Source: an uncultured Acidobacteriota bacterium (lineage in GTDB: Bacteria; Acidobacteriota; Thermoanaerobaculia; Multivoradales; UBA5704). Taken from it: a stretch of DNA of 64,000 bases. Where the stretch lies: NCBI GenBank assembly GCA_963795735.1, contig CAWCIU010000004.1:128654-192653 (forward strand). Reading direction: 5' to 3'. Both the position numbers and the translations under genes were made by a program. Each line of letters opens with the position of its first letter. Position 1 is the first letter of the stretch. The notes under the pieces are model-generated. The model ran no database searches and was not told the origin of the DNA. It was given only the letters and a program-made list of their open reading frames with translations. Below, piece after piece: positions 56,144-64,000 of this stretch.

Positions 56144-57228
56144 AGAGCGCCCTCGCTAGACCACCAAAGGATTTTTTTTACTAGAAAATCAGTGTAGGCG
56201 GCTTTGGCCCACGAGCTAAGCCTCAGTAGAGGCCGATAGAATGCGCTATTATCTAGCACGATTACCTCCTTGCCTGTTAGTAATGCCTCTAAGCCAACCG
56301 TGGAGTTTATTGTGACTACTTTATCTACGCGCTGCAGCACGGAGAATAAATTTTCTCCTTCATTAATGCTAAGCTTTGGAAGCTTAGATACCGTTCGGGC
56401 TATTGCCTTGCGTTGCTCTTGGGCAGAATAAGGGTGCAGCCTGAAGATCCCCGTCATGTCAGGATCATTACGGCTTTCCGAGGAGAACCACTTGAAGAGT
56501 TCTTGATCTGGACTTCGTCCAAATGATTTGAGTTGCAAGTCGCTACGCACTTGCCCTATTAGGAGGTGCGACGCGCGGATACTATGAATTTCTTCAGTAA
56601 GGGTGCTTGGATACTTGGACTCCTTTGCAGATAGCCAGGATTGCAGGAAATGCCAGCCTGCGCCAGCATCAAATTCCTTGGCTACGGCGGGGTTAAAAAG
56701 CTTGGTGGCCTGCCACAGATTGCTATTAGTACGGTAGTATGGTATATCAAAAGAAGCTATGTAGCTATTCGGGAAAAATCCTTTTTCGAAAAATATCACT
56801 CTCATACAATGTCTTTGGGCGAGAATCAATCCAACTTTGTTGACCAGGTTTCGGGCTCCCCATATGAGTATAGATTGGGGGCAGATTTTGTCAATAATTC
56901 CGTTCAGATTGAAATAAGCTGCTTGTGCGGTGCTTCGGATGGCATTTGTAATGTCTCGGGTGTCAGCTGCATCAAGAATCAGTCCTCTCTCGACCTTTAT
57001 CCACTCTCCTAAGGGGAGCGGAACGCATCCTGAATAAAACAAAATATGCTCTCTTATTCCGAGCTGTTTCAGTGCTGTTCTAGCTTTCTCTTGTTGCGGT
57101 GGATGGTTATTCGATTTTATGAGATCGCAAAAATCAACTAGATAGAGGGCGCATTTCAAGTTCTCGCGCAAGAATCTTTCAAATCGATCTCGATCTCTGA
57201 CAAATGAGGGGATAATAACCAAGATCAT
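56140..57228 (-). CDS. Capsule_synth (KpsC/KpsS-like) glycosyltransferase-fold protein
   Basis: The C-terminal VVTINSTVGLEALLTGKEVIVLDNSAFY matches the KpsS/KpsC family signature region (recalled). 362 aa, AT-rich codon usage. Confidence 0.55.
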   Translation of the reverse strand: MILVIIPSFVRDRDRFERFLRENLKCALYLVDFCDLIKSNNHPPQQEKARTALKQLGIREHILFYSGCVPLPLGEWIKVERGLILDAADTRDITNAIRSTAQAAYFNLNGIIDKICPQSILIWGARNLVNKVGLILAQRHCMRVIFFEKGFFPNSYIASFDIPYYRTNSNLWQATKLFNPAVAKEFDAGAGWHFLQSWLSAKESKYPSTLTEEIHSIRASHLLIGQVRSDLQLKSFGRSPDQELFKWFSSESRNDPDMTGIFRLHPYSAQEQRKAIARTVSKLPKLSINEGENLFSVLQRVDKVVTINSTVGLEALLTGKEVIVLDNSAFYRPLLRLSSWAKAAYTDFLVKKILWWSSEGAL

Positions 57229-57235
57229 AACAGTA

Positions 57236-58042
57236 TTATGGGATTAAAATTTCCAAGGATTCTGCGTCAGTCCTTCCGGGTAAGTGCATTCGACCACCTG
57301 AGTCAACTACGACGTAGTCGTTATTAGCCTTGTGGAAGGACAGTAATCTAAAATCAATAGGGTACTGATCGCCTAGTCGTATGGTGAGATCAATTAGCTC
57401 ATGTTCGGGAAGAAACTCCTCACTAGATATGCTTTCGCCGCGACCTAGCTTAGACAGTGGGAGCAGGGCGACAAGAGCCAGATTAGGCTCCATTTTTAGT
57501 ATTTCTCCGACAAGAACATGAATCTGAGTGACATTTGATTTTGAGACCACGATGTTTACAGATTTTCGGAAGTCCTTATTTTTTATCTGCGCGAAAAAAT
57601 CTGCAATTTTAAGCTTTTGGCTCAGTCGGTAGTTTCTGTGTAAGCTTACCTGCCCAAAGGGCTCATCTATGCTAACGTTTAGCTCATCAGTACTGTTTAG
57701 TATTTCGATAATGTCGTCTCCTGCAGGTACGGTTCCATTTGTAGTTATCTTGATAGTCTCGATTTTCTCGGAGTTATGGAGGAGACGGATTAGATCGCTC
57801 AATTCAGGCGCGAGCAGGGGTTCACCGCCAGACACTGTAACTCCTCGAACTCCTAGCCACTCAATAGCTTTGATTATGCTGCCTAAATTAGGCTTGGCGT
57901 GCGGAATCTCAGGTCCGCTTCGGCTCAAGCAGTAGCGGCACCTTAAGTTGCAGAAGCGTGTGATGTGGATACATGCTCTCTCAGTGTTGGCTCCTTGTAA
58001 TCTGTTCAATGGGTTCTGTAATGTGATATCGCTCTCGATCAC
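57236..58042 (-). CDS. Radical SAM enzyme, viperin/MoaA-like half-barrel
   Basis: CNLRCRYC (CxxxCxxC) about 30 aa from the N-terminus, SGGEPLL, TTNG and a C-terminal NNDYVVVDSGGRM. The start is GTG at 58042 or TTG at 58009; there is no in-frame ATG. Confidence 0.8.
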   Translation of the reverse strand: MIESDITLQNPLNRLQGANTERACIHITRFCNLRCRYCLSRSGPEIPHAKPNLGSIIKAIEWLGVRGVTVSGGEPLLAPELSDLIRLLHNSEKIETIKITTNGTVPAGDDIIEILNSTDELNVSIDEPFGQVSLHRNYRLSQKLKIADFFAQIKNKDFRKSVNIVVSKSNVTQIHVLVGEILKMEPNLALVALLPLSKLGRGESISSEEFLPEHELIDLTIRLGDQYPIDFRLLSFHKANNDYVVVDSGGRMHLPGRTDAESLEILIP

Positions 58043-58682
58043 CGAATCTCTCCTTTATTGTGTTTTTCAACGTATAGCATTTATCCCTCTTCATTAGTCC
58101 AACCCCAAGGGTGTTGTGGATTAATACTTCGAGATTGTTTCCGCTTCGATCTTGGCACTGCAGTCGTGCGGGTACGTAGAGCCCTTCCAGATCGTCTTTT
58201 ACCCGGACTAGTATTGGATTGTCCAGTGCCTTATGGCTGAGCATCTTTTCTAGGTCGGTGGTATAGATAATATTTTCTGTGCGCTGAAAAAACGGGCACA
58301 ATGTTGTAGACACCCCTTGCCAGCGGACGGGCCAAAGCCTTCCGAACTCGCGCACTCTCTTGACGCGACGCAATGCGCTAAGAAACGAAGGGACATCTTC
58401 TGTTTTAATTTTAACGACTATATCAAGATCGTGGAGCGGGGTGGAAAGCTGTGGACTCCCTTCTATCAATAAGGACCCTGTAGAGTAAATCTCACCTAGG
58501 CAGCTAAATGCTTCACTCAGCCCGTCAAGCTCTGATAGTAACAGTTGATCCTCAGGGAGAGAGCGCAAAGGAATTGGCTCGATGACATCGGTTATCGCCG
58601 ACATTGGGATTAAAAAGAGCGGTAGGCTAGGGCACCAAGTAGGGGGGGAGATACCCAAGACGGAACTTAGGAACGAGCGCAT
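57981..58682 (-). CDS. Pol-beta-superfamily nucleotidyltransferase-like protein
   Basis: YSTGSLLIEGSPQLSTPLHDLDIVV fits the G[SG]-x(9-13)-D-x-D minimal NTase motif. An alternative start exists at 58604. The 3' end overlaps the radical SAM gene. Confidence 0.5.
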   Translation of the reverse strand: MRSFLSSVLGISPPTWCPSLPLFLIPMSAITDVIEPIPLRSLPEDQLLLSELDGLSEAFSCLGEIYSTGSLLIEGSPQLSTPLHDLDIVVKIKTEDVPSFLSALRRVKRVREFGRLWPVRWQGVSTTLCPFFQRTENIIYTTDLEKMLSHKALDNPILVRVKDDLEGLYVPARLQCQDRSGNNLEVLIHNTLGVGLMKRDKCYTLKNTIKERFGDRERYHITEPIEQITRSQH

Positions 58683-58753
58683 TTCCGAATCTGATATGGC
58701 AATTCGCCTGCCGCCCTTGTCCTTGTAGCCAAGAGAATAGTATTCAGCGTGGT

Positions 58754-58969
58754 TTAGTGTTTTTTTGCGAATTTACCCTGCCTCAGAGAATTGTCGAAGC
58801 GCTTGCTCCTAACGTAAAAGGGCCGTACTAACAGGTATTTCGGCTGACTTGTTCCAGGGCGTATAAGTGCGTAAGGGACAAAGCAGTATCCTGAGACATG
58901 ATTGTGGCAGAAATGAACGTAGCCGAATTGGATGGCTTGGCCAAGCTTGTTCGCGCTATAAATCTCCAT
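58754..58969 (-). CDS. Small hypothetical protein (about 71 aa)
   Basis: ORF between the deaminase and NTase genes, overlapping the deaminase stop by 14 nt if started at MEIYSANK. No similarity recognised. Confidence 0.3.
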   Translation of the reverse strand: MEIYSANKLGQAIQFGYVHFCHNHVSGYCFVPYALIRPGTSQPKYLLVRPFYVRSKRFDNSLRQGKFAKKH

Positions 58970-59453
58970 TCTTGATTCCCTTAGGGTCGAACTTGCGGCA
59001 TAAAATACCGGCCGCATCAAGGATCAGGAGACCGAAGTTATTTTCGAATTCTTCTAAGTAGTATATATTTTTTACTCCCAATAGGGCCAGTGCTTGTGCG
59101 CATCCAGCGCAGGGTGCCAGAGTAGTGAATACTTCGCAAGACTCAAAGCTCTGGGGCGTCTTGGTAGAACGAAGAACATCTATTATGGCCATTACTTCGG
59201 CATGCAAAGCTCTTGCGCTTTGAAGCCTTTTTTCGAAACTATCTTTCGCGGAATGCTGTTGCTTCGATGCGTCGTAAGGCAACCGAGTGCAGTAACCTCG
59301 CCCCAAAATTTCGTTGTGATATACAATTATCGCTGCGGCACGTTCAGGCTCAAGGGCAAGGGCCGCAAGGTCGCTAAGCTCGGCTATCACCGCACCGAAG
59401 CGACTACCCCGATTATCGGCAAGATTCAGATAGCTGCGCTCGTAATGCTGCAT
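58956..59453 (-). CDS. CDA-fold (cytidine/dCMP-type) zinc deaminase
   Basis: HAEVMAI (H-A-E) and PCAGC (PCxxC) zinc-binding motifs at the correct spacing. 165 aa. Confidence 0.75.
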   Translation of the reverse strand: MQHYERSYLNLADNRGSRFGAVIAELSDLAALALEPERAAAIIVYHNEILGRGYCTRLPYDASKQQHSAKDSFEKRLQSARALHAEVMAIIDVLRSTKTPQSFESCEVFTTLAPCAGCAQALALLGVKNIYYLEEFENNFGLLILDAAGILCRKFDPKGIKNGDL

Positions 59454-59964
59454 GCGTAATCAATACCTCGATGTGCTTTGGTAAGTCAGGACAATCTATA
59501 GCGCAGTCAGTTAAGGAATGCAAGGGGAGAAGCCAGATTTCCTACCCCGGCCTATTGTGGGCTCTCATCGACGATCTTCCTAACTCATGAGGTACCCACA
59601 GTCGGTTCGAGTCCAGAGAATTGGAGAACCTGGATCAGAGATGCTCCTTTAGCCTGTGAGTGGCTCTCCAACCTGTGAGGTGCCTCTTCCAAACAGATAA
59701 GCCCTCCATAGTGGTTGCAGTGGAGAGCAGGTGCTATCTCGCCGCACTCTTATCCCAGACAGCTTTCTCATCGTGGTCAACATCCGCAGAGGTACCCTTG
59801 CCGGCAGGTGCCAGCCGAGCAGTCGGTCATGCGTAGCAACGCTTCGCCGCCAAGTCGACGCGCTGGTCTCGGAAGATCGAGGGAAAGCCGCCACTCGCGG
59901 AGAGTAGCCAAGGCCCAGCATATCATCCCGACCCAGAAAACCAGCTTGCTGGTATAATGGCCCC

Positions 59965-60240
59965 ATGAAGACGACGCTCGATTTGCCCGACGATCTCGTG
60001 CGCGCGGTGAAGATCCGCGCTGTCGAGGAGAACAGAAGGCTCAAGGACATGATGGCCGACCTTCTGCAGCGCGGCCTCTCTCAGAAGCGTGGCGCGGCTT
60101 CGACGGCCCGCAGACGCCTCAACCTGCCACTCATAGAGTGCGCTCACGAGGCCCGTCCTGATGAGGAGATGACCCCCGAGCGCGTGGCCAAGGTGCTGCT
60201 CGAAGAGGAAGCGGGGGTACACCGTGATCCTCTGCGATAG
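59965..60240 (+). CDS. vapB: Type II antitoxin (VapB-like)
   Basis: MKTTLDLPDDLVRAVKIRAVEENRRLKDMMADLL, a typical antitoxin N-terminus. It overlaps the downstream PIN gene by 17 nt. Confidence 0.7.
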   Translation: MKTTLDLPDDLVRAVKIRAVEENRRLKDMMADLLQRGLSQKRGAASTARRRLNLPLIECAHEARPDEEMTPERVAKVLLEEEAGVHRDPLR

Positions 60241-60673
60241 CAACGTCTGGCTTGCCCTGGCTCTGTCCAAACACACCCACCATACCGCCGCGCGCGATTG
60301 GCTGGGTACCATCGAGGAGCCCGCGTCGGTCTTCTTTTGCCGCGCGACGCAGCAGTCTTTTCTCCGCTTGCTCACCAACGCCTCGGTCCTGGCCCCCTAC
60401 GGGAATCCTCCGCTGACGAACCGTGAGGCGTGGTCAGCCTACGAGGCGTTCCTCGCCGATGACCGGATCGCCTGCCGGGCGGACGAGCCGGTGGGAGTGG
60501 AACCCTCCTGGAAAGAGCTCGCGGTGGGGAGGACCGCCTCACCCAAGCTCTGGAGGGACGCCTATCTCGCCGCCTTCGCGCGGGCGGGTCGATATTCGCT
60601 GGTGACGACGGACGCGGCGTTCCGTCAGTTCCGTGGTCTGGATCTCGTGGTTCTGGGGAAAGGCCAAGCCTGA
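60224..60673 (+). CDS. vapC: PIN-domain toxin (VapC family ribonuclease)
   Basis: (V)ILCDSNVWLAL with the first acidic residue, and a C-terminal LVTTDAAF motif. GTG start. Confidence 0.8.
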   Translation: MILCDSNVWLALALSKHTHHTAARDWLGTIEEPASVFFCRATQQSFLRLLTNASVLAPYGNPPLTNREAWSAYEAFLADDRIACRADEPVGVEPSWKELAVGRTASPKLWRDAYLAAFARAGRYSLVTTDAAFRQFRGLDLVVLGKGQA

Positions 60674-60832
60674 GCATGAGGCATCGCGCGCGCGATGCAG
60701 GCTGACGATCCCGGTCAGGGGCTCTTGGTTATACCAAGCGCGATACTGACCCGGAGGAGAAAGGACCCGCCGACCACCGAGCGCGGACCTCCGGGCGAGC
60801 GTTTTCCCCCCGACGCTGCTCCGAGCGCATTC

Positions 60833-63800
60833 TCACTCGATCGTCGCCTCGCCGACGGTGCCGGGCGCGACGCTCACCTTGGCGGTGGCAGAGCCGAGCG
60901 TGATTGTGTAGTCGCCTGCCGGTAGGCCATCGACGTGTAGCGGTAGCGATGGAGTGACCTCCGTGCCGCCGCCGAGGAACCGCAGCATCCAGGAGATGTC
61001 CCAACCCTTGGGTGAAAGCACCCGAGCGGCGCCCTCGCTCTTTTCAGTCCGCAGCAGGAGGCTGCCGGTGCCTCCGAGGTGAAGGGCGAGGCCCTGACGG
61101 GCCGTCTCGAGATCCGTCCAGTCGCCGAGCGCGAAGCCGCCCGCCGCGAACGCTCCGGCCCGCACCCGCGGCGCGAGCGGCGCCTCGATCCCGGCCGCGG
61201 CGCTGCCGTCCGACGCCGTGACGAGGAGCCGCATCCCTTTCCCCTCTTCTTCGAAGAAGACCATCGCTCCCGGGAGCGGCGCTCCCGCACCGGAGAGAAC
61301 CGTCACCGTCACCTGAGGAGGAGCCGCGGCCTGGACTACCAGTCGTAGCGGCTGGGGCACTCCGCCGGCTGCGAGCTCGACGGTGGCGACGGCGCTCGCC
61401 AGCTCGTCCTGCCGCGCCTGGATCGCCAGTGTGCCCGGGGCCAATCCGGTCAGCACGAAACCGCCGTCGCTCCGCGCGATGGCAAAGGCGCCACCGGTCA
61501 GCTCGGTGACGTTGGCTCCCCCGGCCGGATTTCCATCCTTGGTCACCACGACGCCGGCGACATTCAGGCCCGCAAAGAGGAGGACGGTTTCGAAGTGATC
61601 GCCGGGAGGGATGTCTAGCGCCAGCTCCGGGGAAGACAAGCCTTGCTGCGGTTGAAAGGAGACCCTCCAGGGTCCAGGCGTCAGGTCACGGGTCTGGAAC
61701 GTCCCATCTCCCTCGACCACGGCGTCGACCTGCGGCCGGCCGGCGTTGGACGTTTGCTGCTGGCGCAGGCCGGTCGGCGAGACCTGATTGTCGATGCGGG
61801 ACCACCCCTGAGCCTCGCTCGAATGCCAAACCAAAGTCCCGGAGCCTGGAACGGCACCGCCCACCAGGACCCGTCCCGAAACCAGCAGGTTACCCGGAGC
61901 GCACTCGACGTCGAGCTCGCCTCCTCCCGGGACGTTGATGTCCTTTTCGCAGAGAATCTTTGGCCCCACGGCGACCGACACCCGCGCGGCGCCCGGCGGC
62001 ACGTCCGGGACCTCGGCCTCCCCGTTCCAGACCTGCGCGCTCAGAAGGTCAGCATCGAGCCATTGCCGGCGCAGATCGATCCGCGCCACAGCGTCCCCCG
62101 GAGAATCCCGGCCAAGGCCCGCCGGATTGGCGTGCACGCGCACGATCGCGCCGTCCGAAAGCGTGATGCTGCCTACGTCGAGGCCCCCCGTGCCGCCGGC
62201 TCCATCGGGCACCATCACGTCGAGCGTGGCGCGGGCAAAACCCGCCGCCTCGACGCGCAAGGTCGCGGGACCGGCGGCGAGACCGGAGAGGCGAAAGCGG
62301 CCGTCCTCGCCGCTGGTCCCCTCCACCAGATCATGAGAGGCCCAGGCCATGGCGGCCCCTTGCGGCCCCGGCCGGGGTAGCCAAACCCGCGCCCCCGCGA
62401 GCGGCCCGCCCTCTCGATCGACGACGGTTCCTGTTACTTCCGGACCGATCGGCGCCGTCAGATCCCCCAGGTCCCGAACTTCTCCAGCCGTGCCAGCGGC
62501 GAGGGGCAGGCGAAGCTCCCGGGTCGCCGGCGAGCGGAGAATCAGTTGGGCTGTCTGGCCGGTCTGGAAATCCTCCTCGAAGCGGCCGTCCGCCGTGAGA
62601 GCCCCTTCGCTGCTGCAATTGGCCCCCTCGATCACCAGAGTCCCAGCGAAGACGGGACTCCCGGAGCCGTCCAGCAGGCGCCCCCGCACGGTGAAGACCC
62701 GGCGCAGCTCCAGTCGAGCGAGAGCGGGAAGCGGCGTCTGGAGACGCTGCGCACCCGGCTGGTGCCGAGGCGCCGTGCCGCGCACCTCGAGAGGCGCCAG
62801 GGGGACGCCCGCGAGCTCGGCTTGCCCAGCCGAGTCGGCGGTGGTGGAGAGGCCAGGGCCAGCCTCGACGGCCGCTCCCGGGATGGGCTGGCCCACCTCG
62901 TCCACGACCTCGATCCGCAGCCGGGTTCCGGGTTCAAGCGCCCGAACGCCAAGCTCTCGGCGCTCTCCCGCGGTGAGGGTAAGCGGCTCGACCCGTGGGA
63001 CGTAGCCCGAAGCGCGCAAAGTCAAGTTCAAGCGCCCCGGCGGCAGCCCCCGAAGGACGAAGGACCCGTCGGCCCTGGTCCTGTCCGACAAGCGGATGAG
63101 CTGGGGCGAGCGCCCGATCCAGGCCTCGGCCTCCACCGTTGCGTTCGAGATCCCGTGCCGCGCCGAGTCGGTGATCCGGCCTTTGATCTCCGCTCCCGCA
63201 GAGAGAGTCACCTGCCGCGGCAAAGTGCTCGGCCATCCTCGGATCACCAGAGGAGGAGACCCGGCCTGGAAAAGACTGAGGGCGACCTCCTGATCGTCGG
63301 GAAGGCCCGGCGCTACGATCCGTCCCGCCGCATCCGAGAGGAGCGCCCAGGTGCGGCTTCCACCCTGGCGCACGGTCGCCTCGCTGACGGAGACATGGAC
63401 TCTTTCGGCCGGCTTGCCGCCGGGTTCGAGGATCGTCAGCGCGATGCCGCGCGCCTCGAGGGCGCGCAGGACCACCGACCGCCGGCCGGGCGGAACCTCG
63501 GCCCACCAGCTACCCTGTCCCTCCGCAACCCACCGGACGCGCCAGGCGTGAATCCCATCCACCGGCACCGCAAAGCGGCCTCCGGCGGGGACGGGCCAAC
63601 TCGGAAGCTTGTTCTCCGGGATCGCACGCCACATCTCGACCGGTGCCGCGATGAGGCGGGCGGTCGGAGCCCGGTTGCGCGTGGGCGGCACCCCTCGGAT
63701 TTCCAGCCAGAAAGGGCCCTCGCCATTCAAGGCTCGTGTCGGTGGCGCGCCGCCCGCCGCCAAGGCGACGGGAGCGTGTCGCCAGGACCAGAGCCAAATC

Positions 63801-63946
63801 GAGGGCGCCGGAGCCTGGGACGCCTCGGTTGCGAGGCTACTCAGCCCCCATCCCCCCGTCACCTGGCCGTCATGGTGGAGAGCCAGCCATTGCGGCCGGC
63901 CGAGCGCGAGCTGGAACCAGACGGTCAGGAGAAGGGCGACGGACAT
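60833..63946 (-). CDS. Very large secreted protein with multiple carboxypeptidase-regulatory-like (CarboxypepD_reg/Ig-like) repeats
   Basis: 1037 aa with an N-terminal hydrophobic signal. Repeated ...G.V.D..G.P..GA.V......T.ADG.F.L.GL.PG...L... modules. Confidence 0.65.
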   Translation of the reverse strand: MSVALLLTVWFQLALGRPQWLALHHDGQVTGGWGLSSLATEASQAPAPSIWLWSWRHAPVALAAGGAPPTRALNGEGPFWLEIRGVPPTRNRAPTARLIAAPVEMWRAIPENKLPSWPVPAGGRFAVPVDGIHAWRVRWVAEGQGSWWAEVPPGRRSVVLRALEARGIALTILEPGGKPAERVHVSVSEATVRQGGSRTWALLSDAAGRIVAPGLPDDQEVALSLFQAGSPPLVIRGWPSTLPRQVTLSAGAEIKGRITDSARHGISNATVEAEAWIGRSPQLIRLSDRTRADGSFVLRGLPPGRLNLTLRASGYVPRVEPLTLTAGERRELGVRALEPGTRLRIEVVDEVGQPIPGAAVEAGPGLSTTADSAGQAELAGVPLAPLEVRGTAPRHQPGAQRLQTPLPALARLELRRVFTVRGRLLDGSGSPVFAGTLVIEGANCSSEGALTADGRFEEDFQTGQTAQLILRSPATRELRLPLAAGTAGEVRDLGDLTAPIGPEVTGTVVDREGGPLAGARVWLPRPGPQGAAMAWASHDLVEGTSGEDGRFRLSGLAAGPATLRVEAAGFARATLDVMVPDGAGGTGGLDVGSITLSDGAIVRVHANPAGLGRDSPGDAVARIDLRRQWLDADLLSAQVWNGEAEVPDVPPGAARVSVAVGPKILCEKDINVPGGGELDVECAPGNLLVSGRVLVGGAVPGSGTLVWHSSEAQGWSRIDNQVSPTGLRQQQTSNAGRPQVDAVVEGDGTFQTRDLTPGPWRVSFQPQQGLSSPELALDIPPGDHFETVLLFAGLNVAGVVVTKDGNPAGGANVTELTGGAFAIARSDGGFVLTGLAPGTLAIQARQDELASAVATVELAAGGVPQPLRLVVQAAAPPQVTVTVLSGAGAPLPGAMVFFEEEGKGMRLLVTASDGSAAAGIEAPLAPRVRAGAFAAGGFALGDWTDLETARQGLALHLGGTGSLLLRTEKSEGAARVLSPKGWDISWMLRFLGGGTEVTPSLPLHVDGLPAGDYTITLGSATAKVSVAPGTVGEATIE

Positions 63947-64000
63947 TAGCCTTTCCGCCTGGCCCTAGTTCTGGTAGGTGCAGTTCATGTCCCCGGTCCT

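Noticed and set aside
59604-59614. GGTTCGAGTCC, a tRNA T-loop-like motif near the right edge of the AT-rich island (possible tRNA or att remnant).
   Set aside because: The flanking bases (GTCGG / CCAGA) cannot form a T-stem, and no acceptor or anticodon arms can be drawn. This is at most a decayed fragment and not callable as a tRNA or an att site.
63966-64000. Possible 3' end of a minus-strand gene at the window edge (…RTGDMNCTYQN*).
   Set aside because: Only 11 codons are visible, so it cannot be supported.

Overview
Very GC-rich bacterial chromosome segment. VWFA-type and CarboxypepD_reg-type secreted proteins hint at Acidobacteria, but this is unconfirmed. About 50 kb is ordinary core: pilB, ctaA, nth, a PduO-type adenosyltransferase, holB-tmk, terC, pntAA, ggt, exeA/gspB-like, S9 and M28 peptidases, zwf, a ytrA-like GntR-ABC operon, sdhCAB and argR. 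Most long ORFs on the opposite strand of these genes are GC-driven shadow ORFs and were rejected. Four things stand out. (1) 21.7-29.6 kb holds a comQ-comX-comP-like locus: a polyprenyl-synthetase-fold enzyme flanked by two paralogous short ORFs sharing a W-x-x-WPP motif, followed by a polytopic hybrid histidine kinase. An IS630 element sits exactly in the stop codon of the upstream REC-EAL gene. (2) 52.6-59.6 kb is a visibly AT-richer island. It carries one operon encoding a CDA-fold deaminase, a small ORF, a Pol-beta nucleotidyltransferase, a viperin/MoaA-like radical SAM enzyme, a KpsC/S-like protein and a K-channel-like membrane protein. The channel gene is split by an intact IS66 element (20-bp IRs, 8-bp TSD). 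A second, degenerate IS66 copy and toxin-antitoxin modules flank the island. (3) Ten exactly 20-bp-phased GTCCC repeats fill the spacer between two paralogous HTH genes at 5.15-5.35 kb. (4) A ~100-bp structured tandem repeat array at 50.6-51.1 kb lies next to a 5'-truncated trmO and an orphan GG-leader, Cys-rich peptide gene. No rRNA, tRNA or CRISPR array was found.
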